Assembly (NCBI GenBank): GCA_950096585.1
Contig: CATNDK010000001.1
Span: 104,943-168,942, forward strand
Length of the DNA stretch: 64,000 nt
DNA from: Thalassococcus halodurans
GTDB taxonomy: Bacteria; Pseudomonadota; Alphaproteobacteria; Rhodobacterales; Rhodobacteraceae
Direction: 5' to 3'
Below are positions 40,196-49,805 of the stretch, one piece after another. A program made the position numbers and the translations under genes. Within the stretch, counting starts at the first letter, position 1, and each line of letters starts with the position of its first letter. Below the pieces are notes generated by a model. It was not told the origin of the DNA, made no database searches, and saw only the letters and a program-made list of their open reading frames with translations.

Positions 40196-41008
40196 TCAAA
40201 GAAGTTTGTGGAAGTCTTTCAGGTCGCTGCTGCCGCTGGCGTCCACCTTTGCCTTCAGCTTTTGCATGCCCTTAATCCAGCGTTCCATGTCGGTCGCACG
40301 TTTCAGGGCGTAATCGTGGACTTCCGGATGTGGAAGGATCAGAAAACGGTCGTACTGCAGGCCTTCGATCAGGCAATCTGCAACATTTCGGGGGCTAAGG
40401 ATGCGCCCGCTCTGATCGCCGTCAGCGGCGTCATCGTAGCCCAGCAGGGCCGTCGCCACATATTGCGGGCAGACGACAGACACGTGAATCCCTTGCGATC
40501 CGTGTTCGATGGCCAAGGATTGCGCCAGACTGACGGCCGCATATTTCGTCGCTGAATAAGCGGCATCGCCGATCTGGCTTAGCAAACCGGCGGCAGAGGC
40601 GACATTCACAAGGCAACCTTCGCCGCGTTCCAGCATCTCGGGCAGCGCCAAACGGGACAGCCGCAGATGCGCCATCACGTGGACATCAAAGCTTTGCTGC
40701 CAGTGGTCGTCGCTGGCCGATGTCGGGCCTTCGGGTTCACCCTTTGCGAAACCCGCGTTCGAGCAGACCAGATCAACGCGACCTTTCCAGTCGCGGGCCT
40801 TTTCGAAAAGTCCCGTAATCGCCTTTGGATCGGTGACATCACAGGGAACAGAAAGGCCGTCGACCTCTGCTGCGACCTGATTGGATGCTGTTTCGTTGAT
40901 GTCCGAAACGACGACCTCGGCGCCTTGATCCCGAAGGGCATGGGCGATCGCCCGTCCGATGCCGCTTCCGGCGCCTGTGACGATGCAAATGCGCCCCGCG
41001 ACCTGCAT
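40196..41008 (-). CDS. Short-chain dehydrogenase/reductase
   Basis: TGAGSGIG, SNAG, YSATK. Confidence 0.9.
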   Translation of the reverse strand: MQVAGRICIVTGAGSGIGRAIAHALRDQGAEVVVSDINETASNQVAAEVDGLSVPCDVTDPKAITGLFEKARDWKGRVDLVCSNAGFAKGEPEGPTSASDDHWQQSFDVHVMAHLRLSRLALPEMLERGEGCLVNVASAAGLLSQIGDAAYSATKYAAVSLAQSLAIEHGSQGIHVSVVCPQYVATALLGYDDAADGDQSGRILSPRNVADCLIEGLQYDRFLILPHPEVHDYALKRATDMERWIKGMQKLKAKVDASGSSDLKDFHKLL

Positions 41009-42234
41009 CAGATCAGGAACTGGGCCAGTGTTTCATCCTCGGTGATATCCTGAAACGTGAATCCGTTTTCGTTCAGGCGGGCAAAGAGGATGTCAAAATT
41101 CGAGGCGTGCGATGTTTCGATACCGATGAGGACCGAACCAAAGTTGCGCGCGGATTTTTTGAGGTACTCGAACCGCGCGATGTCGTCGTCGGGGCCGAGA
41201 ATGCCCAAAAAGTCCTTCAACGCGCCGGGACGTTGGGGAAGGCGCAGGATGAAGTATTTCTTGATGCCGGAATAGCGCTGGGCGCGTTCTTTGACTTCGG
41301 GCAGGCGTTCGAAATCAAAGTTGCCGCCGGATGCGATACACACAACGGTTTTGCCGCGAATGGCCTGCCCCAGATCCTTGAGCGCGTCGATAGACAATGC
41401 GCCGGCAGGCTCCAGAACGATGCCTTCGACGTTCAGCATGTCCAGAATGGTGGTGCACAAACGATCCTCGGGGATCGTCAGGGACGATGCCAGCCCGACA
41501 TCTTTCAGAACGTTGAAAGTGTTCTGGCCGATCTGGGCGACCGCCGCGCCATCCGCGAAGGTGTTTACCTTTTCCAAGGGAACAGGCTTGCCCGCACGCA
41601 GTGCCGCGTTCAGGCAGGCGCCGCCAAGTGGTTCTACAAAGGTCCACTGGCTGTCCGTACCGAAGTAGCTGAGCATGCCTGAAGACAGGCCGCCACCACC
41701 AACAGGAACGACGATATGCTCGGGTGCCTTGCCCAGCGTCTGTTCGATCTCGACCGCGACAGAGGCTTGACCTTCGATGACATCGGTATCGTCGAAAGGC
41801 GACAGGAAATGGCCACCAGCCTCTTTGCAGTAGGCTTGCGCAGACCGCAGCGTGTCGTCGAAGTAGTCGCCGACCAGACGGATTTCGATTGCATCGCCGC
41901 CGAACATCCGCGTTTTCTGGATTTTCTGGGCAGGTGTCGTCACGGGCATAAAGATGACGCCCGACTTGCCAAAGTGGCGGCACATATAGGCCACGCCCTG
42001 CGCGTGATTGCCGGCACTTGCGCAGACGAACAGTTCCGCATCCGGGCGCTTGCGCATGGCATTGAACGCGCCGCGCAGTTTGTAAGACCGTACAGGCGAC
42101 AGGTCTTCGCGCTTCAACCAGATATCTGCGCCATACATGTCGGACAGATGCGCATTGCGCAGAAGGGGCGTTTCAGGAAACACCTGACGCATTTCGCGTG
42201 TGGCGGCTTTGGCAAGGTCTTTGAAATCACTCAT
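41008..42234 (-). CDS. ilvA: Threonine dehydratase (short IlvA type)
   Basis: LKREDLSPVRSYKLRGA, SAGNHAQG, VGGGGL, SGGNFD, C-terminal LPQRPGAL ACT-like domain. Confidence 0.93.
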   Translation of the reverse strand: MSDFKDLAKAATREMRQVFPETPLLRNAHLSDMYGADIWLKREDLSPVRSYKLRGAFNAMRKRPDAELFVCASAGNHAQGVAYMCRHFGKSGVIFMPVTTPAQKIQKTRMFGGDAIEIRLVGDYFDDTLRSAQAYCKEAGGHFLSPFDDTDVIEGQASVAVEIEQTLGKAPEHIVVPVGGGGLSSGMLSYFGTDSQWTFVEPLGGACLNAALRAGKPVPLEKVNTFADGAAVAQIGQNTFNVLKDVGLASSLTIPEDRLCTTILDMLNVEGIVLEPAGALSIDALKDLGQAIRGKTVVCIASGGNFDFERLPEVKERAQRYSGIKKYFILRLPQRPGALKDFLGILGPDDDIARFEYLKKSARNFGSVLIGIETSHASNFDILFARLNENGFTFQDITEDETLAQFLI

Positions 42235-42273
42235 GGCATCTGAGTGGCGCAAGAGCGCCGTTCTGGCAAGCCG

Positions 42274-43029
42274 TCACTCGACACCGCGACCTTCGACCAC
42301 GTGCCCGTATACCGTGGTCAGCGTGGAAATACCGACCATCGTGACAAGCCAGCCGATGGCCAGATCATACACTAGCCCAATGATGGACTCTGTCCCTGCC
42401 GCAAGCAGGGAAGGCGTCATGATCAGAAGAAACGCGGCAACCACAATCGCCGACAGCTGCAGGATCACCTTCGCAAACGGGGCGGTTTCGGACCAAGCCG
42501 CCCTTAGTGACACAGTCTGCCCAAGCGCCGCTGCGGGCAGAACGGGGGACAGACGGAAAAACACCCAGACCCCGAACAGGATGATCACAACCGGCATGGC
42601 GGGCAGAAGGAAGGGAAGCAGCGCGGCCATCAGGCCCAAGGGCAGCGAAATCACCAAACATCCGACCGTGATCAGCAGACCGATCAAAATCGAGCGCCCG
42701 AGATACCCCAACATGTTCGCACCATGCCATTTCGGCATCCAGCCCGACGGGTATTCCTCATTCAGCACAAACCGGTGCCAGGCCACGGCGATCCACAGGC
42801 TGGCGACAACGGAAAAGATGCTCAGCAGCAGGAAGGCAAAGCTGTCTTCCAGAGCCATAACAGGCATCTCAATCCCATCTGGCAGAACTTCGGTGTCCAT
42901 GTTCTGGAACAGGTAAATCTGGGTGATGGCTTGGACCAGATAGAGCACGCCCGATATCCGCAGGGCAGATTCGAAATTGTTCACGATCAGGCGCACCGAA
43001 TGCACAAAAAGCTGCCAAGCCTTCATCAT
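42274..43029 (-). CDS. Hypothetical multi-pass membrane protein
   Basis: About six TM segments; WIAVAWHRFVL motif. Confidence 0.7.
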   Translation of the reverse strand: MMKAWQLFVHSVRLIVNNFESALRISGVLYLVQAITQIYLFQNMDTEVLPDGIEMPVMALEDSFAFLLLSIFSVVASLWIAVAWHRFVLNEEYPSGWMPKWHGANMLGYLGRSILIGLLITVGCLVISLPLGLMAALLPFLLPAMPVVIILFGVWVFFRLSPVLPAAALGQTVSLRAAWSETAPFAKVILQLSAIVVAAFLLIMTPSLLAAGTESIIGLVYDLAIGWLVTMVGISTLTTVYGHVVEGRGVE

Positions 43030-43154
43030 TTTCCCCCAGTTGGTCAAACTTTCATAAGGCTTATCACTGGTTCGGCGGTTCTGATAGCTGCAAACCTTGC
43101 CCCTGACGCCAAAACCCTATAATCGCGCCGCCAACCCAGACAGAGGATTTGATG

Positions 43155-44381
43155 ATGTCCGCGCCTAAAAAAGTTGTTCTCGCCTATTCCGGTGGTCTTG
43201 ATACGTCGATCATTCTGAAGTGGCTCCAGACGGAATACGGTTGCGAGGTTGTGACCTTCACCGCCGATCTTGGCCAAGGGGAAGAACTTGAACCGGCACG
43301 CGCCAAAGCCGAAATGCTGGGGATCAAGCCGGAAAACATCTACATTGAAGACGTGCGCGAAGAATTCGTTCGTGATTTCGTCTTCCCGATGTTCCGCGCG
43401 AACGCGGTTTATGAAGGCCTGTATCTGCTGGGCACATCCATCGCACGCCCGCTTATTTCCAAGCGTCTGGTCGAGATCGCCGAAGAAACCGGAGCCGATG
43501 CGGTGGCGCACGGTGCGACCGGTAAGGGCAACGATCAGGTGCGTTTCGAACTGGCAGCCTATGCGCTGAACCCCGAAATCAAGGTGATCGCGCCATGGCG
43601 TGAGTGGGACCTGTCTTCGCGGACCAAACTGCTGGCCTTTGCCGAAGAAAACCAGATCCCGATCGCCAAGGATAAGCGCGGCGAAGCGCCGTTCTCGGTT
43701 GATGCGAACCTGTTGCACACATCGTCCGAAGGTAAGGTTCTGGAAGATCCGGCCGAAAATGCACCGGATTACGTCTACCAGCGTACCGTGAACCCCGAGG
43801 ATGCGCCGGACACACCGGAATTCATCGAAGTCACCTTTGAAAAAGGTGACGCGGTTGCGATCAATGGTCAGGCAATGTCGCCCGCGACCATCCTGACCGA
43901 GCTGAACGAATATGGCCGCAAGCACGGCATCGGCCGTCTTGATCTGGTCGAAGGCCGTTTTGTTGGCATGAAGTCCCGCGGGATCTACGAAACGCCAGGC
44001 GGCACCATCCTGCTTGAGGCACACCGCGGTATCGAACAGATCACTCTGGACCGTGGCGCAGCACACCTGAAGGATGAGCTGATGCCGAAATATGCCGAGC
44101 TGATCTACAACGGCTTCTGGTATTCGCCCGAGCGCGAGATGCTGCAGGCGCTGATCGACAAGTCGCAGGAACACGTCACCGGTACTGTTCGCTTGAAGCT
44201 GTATAAAGGTCTGGCACGTACAGTGGGCCGCTGGTCGGATCACTCGCTCTACTCCGAGGCGCACGTGACCTTCGAAGACGACGCAGGTGCCTACGATCAG
44301 AAAGACGCGGCTGGCTTCATCCAGCTGAACGCGCTGCGCCTGAAGCTGTTGGGCGCGCGGGAGCGTCGCCTGAAAGGCTAA
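43155..44381 (+). CDS. argG: Argininosuccinate synthase
   Basis: [40 protein letters not shown]. Confidence 0.97.
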   Translation: MSAPKKVVLAYSGGLDTSIILKWLQTEYGCEVVTFTADLGQGEELEPARAKAEMLGIKPENIYIEDVREEFVRDFVFPMFRANAVYEGLYLLGTSIARPLISKRLVEIAEETGADAVAHGATGKGNDQVRFELAAYALNPEIKVIAPWREWDLSSRTKLLAFAEENQIPIAKDKRGEAPFSVDANLLHTSSEGKVLEDPAENAPDYVYQRTVNPEDAPDTPEFIEVTFEKGDAVAINGQAMSPATILTELNEYGRKHGIGRLDLVEGRFVGMKSRGIYETPGGTILLEAHRGIEQITLDRGAAHLKDELMPKYAELIYNGFWYSPEREMLQALIDKSQEHVTGTVRLKLYKGLARTVGRWSDHSLYSEAHVTFEDDAGAYDQKDAAGFIQLNALRLKLLGARERRLKG

Positions 44382-44458
44382 AGCTTTCCGTTACGTTTCA
44401 CTTGTTTGCAGGGGTTCGGCCAGATAGCCGGACCCCGCATCGTTTGTGGAGGAACGTT

Positions 44459-44743
44459 ATGGGGTTGGAAGAAATCGCTGGGATGCTGCGCAAGGGGCTT
44501 GAGGCCAAGCCACTGTCCGACAGCATCAAATTTGACTGCGGTTCAGATGGTCAGCTGGTTCTTTCTGGCGATCAGGCCACGCTTCAGGACATTCCCGCCG
44601 ATTGCACAATCAGCCTTTCGCTGCCGAATCTTGAAAAGCTGATCAAGGGCAAGCTGAACCCGATGATGGCTTTCGCCACGGGAAAGCTGAAAGTGGCAGG
44701 CGATATGACCGTTGCGATGAAGCTCAGCCAGCTTCTGAAGTAG
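44459..44743 (+). CDS. SCP2 sterol/lipid-binding domain protein
   Basis: GKLNPMMAFATGKLKVAGDMTVAMKL. Confidence 0.88.
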   Translation: MGLEEIAGMLRKGLEAKPLSDSIKFDCGSDGQLVLSGDQATLQDIPADCTISLSLPNLEKLIKGKLNPMMAFATGKLKVAGDMTVAMKLSQLLK

Positions 44744-44750
44744 CGCTTTT

Positions 44751-45368
44751 CTAGTTCTTCTCCTGAGTGATGGCGTTTGCGTTGCGTCCGGCCAGAACCA
44801 CGCTGATCGTATAGGCGGCCTGCGGGCTTAGCCCGGCCATGATCGAGGCTGCCGCGTCGGGTTTCATGCGGCCAAGGAAACCGGCTGCGAACTTCGGTTC
44901 CATCTGTTCGAACAGCAGCGCCGCGTCTTTAGGCTTCATCTTGGCGTAGACGGTCGTCAGTTGGGTCAGATCTTCTTCTGCGGCGGTGTTCGACTGCGCC
45001 ATTCTGGACCGCAGCATCGCCTCGGCTTCCCTCAACTGGACAACCTTTTCATCGATGCGGGCTTCGGTATCGTGAAGAAACGCCAGTCGTTCCTCGATGT
45101 CCTGCTCTTGTGCTGCGATGTTTTTCTCGCGCTCGCGAAGCGCATCCAGAACGTGTTTGATCGCCTCGCGATCATAGCCCGAGGATTCATCAGAGCTTGT
45201 CGCCTCGGAGGCGGATGCAGAGGCTTGCGCCGCCGCAATCCAACCCTCCGCGCCATCCGTCAGGCGCACGATGATCGACATGAAAAACAGGGACGCAATC
45301 ACCGCCAACGTGCTTTTGGGCGCTTTGCGTTTCGATCTTCGCCCTTTCCCTTTGAACAGGTTTTTCAT
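44751..45368 (-). CDS. motE: MotE family flagellar motility protein
   Basis: TM, coiled coil, then VYAKMKPKDAA..F..M...FAAGFLGRMKPDAAA (MgtE-N-like). Confidence 0.8.
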   Translation of the reverse strand: MKNLFKGKGRRSKRKAPKSTLAVIASLFFMSIIVRLTDGAEGWIAAAQASASASEATSSDESSGYDREAIKHVLDALREREKNIAAQEQDIEERLAFLHDTEARIDEKVVQLREAEAMLRSRMAQSNTAAEEDLTQLTTVYAKMKPKDAALLFEQMEPKFAAGFLGRMKPDAAASIMAGLSPQAAYTISVVLAGRNANAITQEKN

Positions 45369-45889
45369 CACGCGGCCCCGAATCGAATTCTTGGGGTGAA
45401 CACCGGATCAGACGGGGGTTCGGGTGCTTGCTCTTCCGGTTCGACCACCTCCGCAACGGCCGCCTCTGGCACAGGTGCGGGGGTGACAGCCGCCACTTGG
45501 GGCGCTGCGGGTGCTGCCGGTGCCGCGACAGGTGCGCTGACGGGGGGCGTTGGCGTCTGTGGTGCTGGCGCAGGCGATTGGGCCGGAGCCTGCTGTTGGG
45601 GAATGTCGTGCAGCGACGCAACCATCAGCTCTAACCGGCGGGACGCATCTTCGGCCCTTTCAGTCACCTCAAGCAACTTCTTTGAGGAATCGCCCGCAGA
45701 ATTCTGTGCGGCCTGCAGGTTGCGCGTCATGTCATCGACCTGTGCAGAGAGCACCGCAATCGCGCCGCCAACGCCTTTGTCCAAGTCGCTGAACCGCGAC
45801 AGGCGGCGGGACAAAACAAAGCAATAGATACCAGCGGTCGCCGCCGCCAGAATCAACAAAATGTCGGAAATCAGTGCCATCAAATCCAC
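45368..45889 (-). CDS. Flagellar-cluster membrane-anchored coiled-coil protein with Pro/Ala-rich tail
   Basis: N-terminal TM (YCFVLSRRL), GGAIAVLSAQVDDM; between fliL and motE. Confidence 0.7.
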   Translation of the reverse strand: MDLMALISDILLILAAATAGIYCFVLSRRLSRFSDLDKGVGGAIAVLSAQVDDMTRNLQAAQNSAGDSSKKLLEVTERAEDASRRLELMVASLHDIPQQQAPAQSPAPAPQTPTPPVSAPVAAPAAPAAPQVAAVTPAPVPEAAVAEVVEPEEQAPEPPSDPVFTPRIRFGAA

Positions 45890-45890
45890 C

Positions 45891-46421
45891 TCAGGTCAGT
45901 ACAAATTCCATGATCATCAGGTCGCGAACCACATCGGGCCCCAACACCAGATATAGCCGGTGCGCCAAATGGGTGCGGATGTTGTGAAGCGATCCCGGAC
46001 TATCGATGTCCGAAGGCTCCAACGCGCGCAGATACGAATTAAAGGCGTCCAGAACCCTTGGTTCCAGATCGACAACGTGCTGCACGTGGGGCTTATAAAC
46101 CTCGATCGCGGCCGAGAACCGCAGAAGCCTGTTATTGCCGCCGCTGATCGAGACGGCGATTGGTGGCAATCGCACAAATTCGACCTCATCGGGCCCGGGC
46201 GGACGTGGCTGCTTTTCATAAAAGGCGCGGTCTTCGCCGACCGGATCAGGTTCGCGTTCGACGTGTTCGGTCGTGGCCGCGCCGAAGGGCAGCATGCCCT
46301 TGCTGACCGCAAAAAACCCGCCCGCGCCGCCAACAATCGCCAGCACGATGCCCACAATCAGACCGGCCATCCCGCCACGCTTTTTTCCGGCGGCTTTATT
46401 AGGTTCGGAGGTGTCAGTCAT
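45891..46421 (-). CDS. fliL: Flagellar basal-body associated protein FliL
   Basis: N-terminal TM with GGAGGFF, PRVLDAFNSYLRAL, C-terminal EFVL. Confidence 0.85.
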   Translation of the reverse strand: MTDTSEPNKAAGKKRGGMAGLIVGIVLAIVGGAGGFFAVSKGMLPFGAATTEHVEREPDPVGEDRAFYEKQPRPPGPDEVEFVRLPPIAVSISGGNNRLLRFSAAIEVYKPHVQHVVDLEPRVLDAFNSYLRALEPSDIDSPGSLHNIRTHLAHRLYLVLGPDVVRDLMIMEFVLT

Positions 46422-46465
46422 TTTTCATTCCTTTCTGCCCTGAAATTCAAATTAGGCGGAATGGG

Positions 46466-46480
46466 CTAACCGATTGTTAA
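46466..46480. promoter_or_regulatory. Putative CtrA site in the fliL/fliF divergent region
   Basis: Minus strand reads TTAA-CAATCGG-TTAG. Confidence 0.55.
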
Positions 46481-46519
46481 GTCGCGTGGACCATTTTCAC
46501 CTTTGTCGAAGAAATTGAC

Positions 46520-48121
46520 TTGGCGAAGGAGACAGGGTTGCAGCAACTACTGGCAATCTGGAAATCGCTCAGCGCGGGACGGCGCTTGGTTGTGGTGGGC
46601 GCAACCGTGGCGATGTTTGTCGCTGTACTGGGCATGACCCGCGTTGCGACTGCACCGTCGCTTTCGCTTTTGTACTCTGGTCTGGATGAACGTTCGGCTG
46701 GCGACGTTATTTCGGCGCTGGAAAGTCGGAACATCATCTATGAAGTCGAAGGAACGTCGATCTATGTGCCGATGGCGGAACGTGACAGCCTAAGGCTGTC
46801 ATTGGCCAGCGAAGGCCTGCCCAGCGTCGGGGACAGTGGCTATGAACTGCTTGATTCCCTGACGGGATTTGGCACGACATCACAAATGTTTGACGCGGCT
46901 TACTGGCGCGCAAAAGAGGGCGAACTGGCCAGAACGCTGGTCGCTGGGGCACATATTTCCAAGGCCCGCGTACACATCGCGGTCGGGTCGTCCAAGCCGT
47001 TTCAACGCGAATCAAAGCCGTCGGCATCTGTTTCGGTGACCGGAACCAATGGGCCGATCTCGGGAAAGGAAGCCCGAGCAGTCCGCCATCTGGTGGCTTC
47101 TGCGGTTCAGGGATTGCTTCCTGATGATGTGTCGGTCGTCGATGCAGAAGGCGGTTTGATCGGCGACGGTACATCCAGCGCGGCGAACGTGCATGAAACC
47201 ATGGTCAAATCGCTGCGCGAAAGGGTTTTGCGGCTGGTAGAGGCCCGCGTTGGGGCAGGCAACGCTGTTGTCGAGGTCAGTGTAAATGCAGTTCACGAAA
47301 GCGAATCCGTGTTCGAGCGGCGCTTTGATCCGGACAGTCGGTTCGTCATCAGTTCCGAGACCGAAGAGCGGACAGGTCAAAGTCAGGATGAAGGCGGGGC
47401 GGGTGTTACAGTTGCCTCGAACCTGCCGGATGGCGCGGGCGGCAGCGGGGCGGGCTCTTCCAATCAGGAAAGCGAAACGCGCGAGCGTGTGAACTATGAG
47501 GTGTCCGAAACCACGCGCGAGGTCACCAGAACGCCGGATGCTGTCAGGCGGGTGACCGTTGCGGTTCTGGTCAATGGCACGTTCGAACAGAACGCCGATG
47601 GACAGCAGGCCTTTGTTCCTATGCCAGCAGAAGATCAGGCCGCGCTTCGTGAGCTCGTCTCTTCCGCCGTGGGTTTTGACGAAGCGCGCGGCGATGTGAT
47701 CACTGTGCATTCTATGCCCTTCAAGCAGACCGAAGGCCTGGGTTCTGTCGCGGCTGTTCCGGGGTTCTTTGAACGGTTTTCGCCAGAGATTATGAAGATC
47801 GCGCGGATTGGTGTTCTGGGCCTGATCATCGTTGCGGTTGGGGCCTTTGTTTTGCGTCCGATTCTGACCAACACGGCACCCGCGTTGCCGGATCGGATTG
47901 CGCTTGAACCTACTCAATCACCCCTTCGTCCGATGCAGCCCGCATTGGATGGCGAGATTGATTCAGTCCGCGCGTTCAACGGGACGGACAGCGCTATTGC
48001 GACCGTCGCGCCCCCTTTGGACCCTGCGCAGCGTTTGCGCGGCTTGGTGGATGAGCGGCGCGAAGAAGCGGTCGAAATACTCAGATCGTGGCTGGATGAG
48101 CCAGAGGAGCAAAGACGATGA
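46520..48121 (+). CDS. fliF: Flagellar MS-ring protein
   Basis: LLYSGLD, GYELLD..GFGTTSQMF, AKEGELART, ARVHI, VASNLP, GFDEARGD. Confidence 0.93.
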   Translation: MAKETGLQQLLAIWKSLSAGRRLVVVGATVAMFVAVLGMTRVATAPSLSLLYSGLDERSAGDVISALESRNIIYEVEGTSIYVPMAERDSLRLSLASEGLPSVGDSGYELLDSLTGFGTTSQMFDAAYWRAKEGELARTLVAGAHISKARVHIAVGSSKPFQRESKPSASVSVTGTNGPISGKEARAVRHLVASAVQGLLPDDVSVVDAEGGLIGDGTSSAANVHETMVKSLRERVLRLVEARVGAGNAVVEVSVNAVHESESVFERRFDPDSRFVISSETEERTGQSQDEGGAGVTVASNLPDGAGGSGAGSSNQESETRERVNYEVSETTREVTRTPDAVRRVTVAVLVNGTFEQNADGQQAFVPMPAEDQAALRELVSSAVGFDEARGDVITVHSMPFKQTEGLGSVAAVPGFFERFSPEIMKIARIGVLGLIIVAVGAFVLRPILTNTAPALPDRIALEPTQSPLRPMQPALDGEIDSVRAFNGTDSAIATVAPPLDPAQRLRGLVDERREEAVEILRSWLDEPEEQRR

Positions 48122-48720
48122 AGCTCGTGGATTTTCTTGAGGAATTCGCTGACGGCAACGGAGCCAAAGGGCAGATGCCCAGCCAGTTGAAGGGCGCGGA
48201 TATTCAGGCCTTTGAGCTGTCTGCCTACGAACAGGGCTATAAGGCAGGGTGGGAGGATGCGCTTCAGTCGCAAAACAATAGCATCGATGCGATCTCGGCC
48301 GAGTTTGCCCAGAACCTGAAGGATTTGTCCTTCACTTACCACGAGGCATACACGCACGTGCTGAGGTCGCTTGAACCTCTTTTCGAGCAGATTTCAAAAA
48401 CCCTTCTGCCGGTCATTCTGCACGAAAGCCTTGGTATGCAGGTCTCGGATGTTTTGATGCGACAGGGACGCCGCATTGCGCCGATGAGCGCCGAAATCGC
48501 GGTGTCGCCGTCACAGCTTGCTGTGGTCGAACCGCTTGTGGCGCATGATTTCGGATTCCCGGTGACGGTGGCTGAAGACGGGTCGCTGAAAGAGGGACAG
48601 GCAGATATCCGGCTGGGCGCTGTCGAGGAGCACATCGATCTTTCCGAGATTGTTGATGGCATCCGCGCGGCGATCGTCAGCTTTTCACGAGAAAACCGAC
48701 GGGCTGTAATGAATGGATAA
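48118..48720 (+). CDS. fliH: FliH-like flagellar export protein
   Basis: AYEQGYKAGWEDA (GxxxG repeat); between fliF and fliN. Confidence 0.7.
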   Translation: MKLVDFLEEFADGNGAKGQMPSQLKGADIQAFELSAYEQGYKAGWEDALQSQNNSIDAISAEFAQNLKDLSFTYHEAYTHVLRSLEPLFEQISKTLLPVILHESLGMQVSDVLMRQGRRIAPMSAEIAVSPSQLAVVEPLVAHDFGFPVTVAEDGSLKEGQADIRLGAVEEHIDLSEIVDGIRAAIVSFSRENRRAVMNG

Positions 48721-49003
48721 GACGACACAAAACGGAATGTTCCGCCCCGAACTGCAATCCTTGTCGAGCGTACCGATTGAAATCACGGTTTCAGTCGGCC
48801 GCGCCCGACCGACCGTGCGGGATCTGACCCAGTTCGGTGTCGGATCGGTGCTGATGTTGGACAAGCAGGTGGATGATCCTGTCGATCTCTACGTCGGCGA
48901 CCGGTTGATCGGGCAGGGCGTGCTGGAAGTCAGCGAAGAGGATGGCCGTGCTCAGCTTTCGGTAAGGTTGGTGGATATCGCCGAACTCAAGGATGCCACC
49001 TGA
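48713..49003 (+). CDS. fliN: Flagellar motor switch FliN (SpoA domain)
   Basis: VPIEITVSVGR, GSVLMLDK..DDPVDLYVGDRLIGQG. Confidence 0.87.
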   Translation: MDKTTQNGMFRPELQSLSSVPIEITVSVGRARPTVRDLTQFGVGSVLMLDKQVDDPVDLYVGDRLIGQGVLEVSEEDGRAQLSVRLVDIAELKDAT

Positions 49004-49748
49004 TATGGGCAAAGCCGGTTTGGCGTTGCGGTATGTTTGGCTCACGATCATGCTCGTGTTGCTTCCGCATGTCGCCAGCGCTCAGGAACTATCGCTGAAC
49101 CTTGGGGAAGAAGGATCGCTGACGGCCACCAGCCTTCAGCTTATTCTGGTTATCACCTTGCTCAGTCTGGCGCCCGGGCTGGCGATCATGGTGACGTGCT
49201 TTCCGTTCATCGTGACCGTTCTGGCGATCTTGCGACAGGGGCTCGGCCTGCAACAATCGCCACCCAACATGTTGATCGTCAGTCTGGCGCTTTTCCTGAC
49301 GTACTTCGTGATGGAGCCGGTCTTTCAAGAGGCATATTCCGCAGGAATAGAGCCACTTATGAACAATACGCTGGCTACGTCCGAGGCGATTGAGGCAGGC
49401 TTGCAGCCGTTTCGTATATTCATGGCCGGCCGTGTCGACCCTGACACTTTCGCCGCGATCGCCGATCTGCGGCCAGACACAGTGGGCGCGACGGTGGGCG
49501 ATGACGCGGCATATTCTGTTCTTGTTCCCAGTTTCATGCTGTCGGAAATCGCCCGCGCCTTTCAGGTGGGCTTTCTGGTTTTCCTGCCATTTCTGATCAT
49601 CGACCTTGTCGTCGCGGCGATTTTGATGTCGATGGGCATGATGATGGTGCCGCCCGCGATTGTGTCACTTCCGTTTAAGCTGGCGTTCTTCGTGGTGGCC
49701 GATGGGTGGTCTTTGCTTGCTGGCAGTCTGGTGCGCAGTTACTTCTAG
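48993..49748 (+). CDS. fliP: Flagellar export protein FliP
   Basis: QQSPPNM, PSFMLSE, MGMMMVPP, LPFKL..FVVADGW. Confidence 0.95.
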   Translation: MPPDMGKAGLALRYVWLTIMLVLLPHVASAQELSLNLGEEGSLTATSLQLILVITLLSLAPGLAIMVTCFPFIVTVLAILRQGLGLQQSPPNMLIVSLALFLTYFVMEPVFQEAYSAGIEPLMNNTLATSEAIEAGLQPFRIFMAGRVDPDTFAAIADLRPDTVGATVGDDAAYSVLVPSFMLSEIARAFQVGFLVFLPFLIIDLVVAAILMSMGMMMVPPAIVSLPFKLAFFVVADGWSLLAGSLVRSYF

Positions 49749-49805
49749 CGGTGTGGCTTGGCCTATTGCCCCGCCACGACACGTAAAACCGGTACGAGGG
49801 CGCGC

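Noticed and set aside
43044-44264. 406-aa antisense ORF opposite argG
   Set aside because: Shadow ORF with no RBS or domain evidence
46520-48720. Missing fliG between fliF and fliH as evidence of decay
   Set aside because: fliF and fliH overlap cleanly (ATGA), and fliG is commonly encoded apart from this cluster in Rhodobacteraceae
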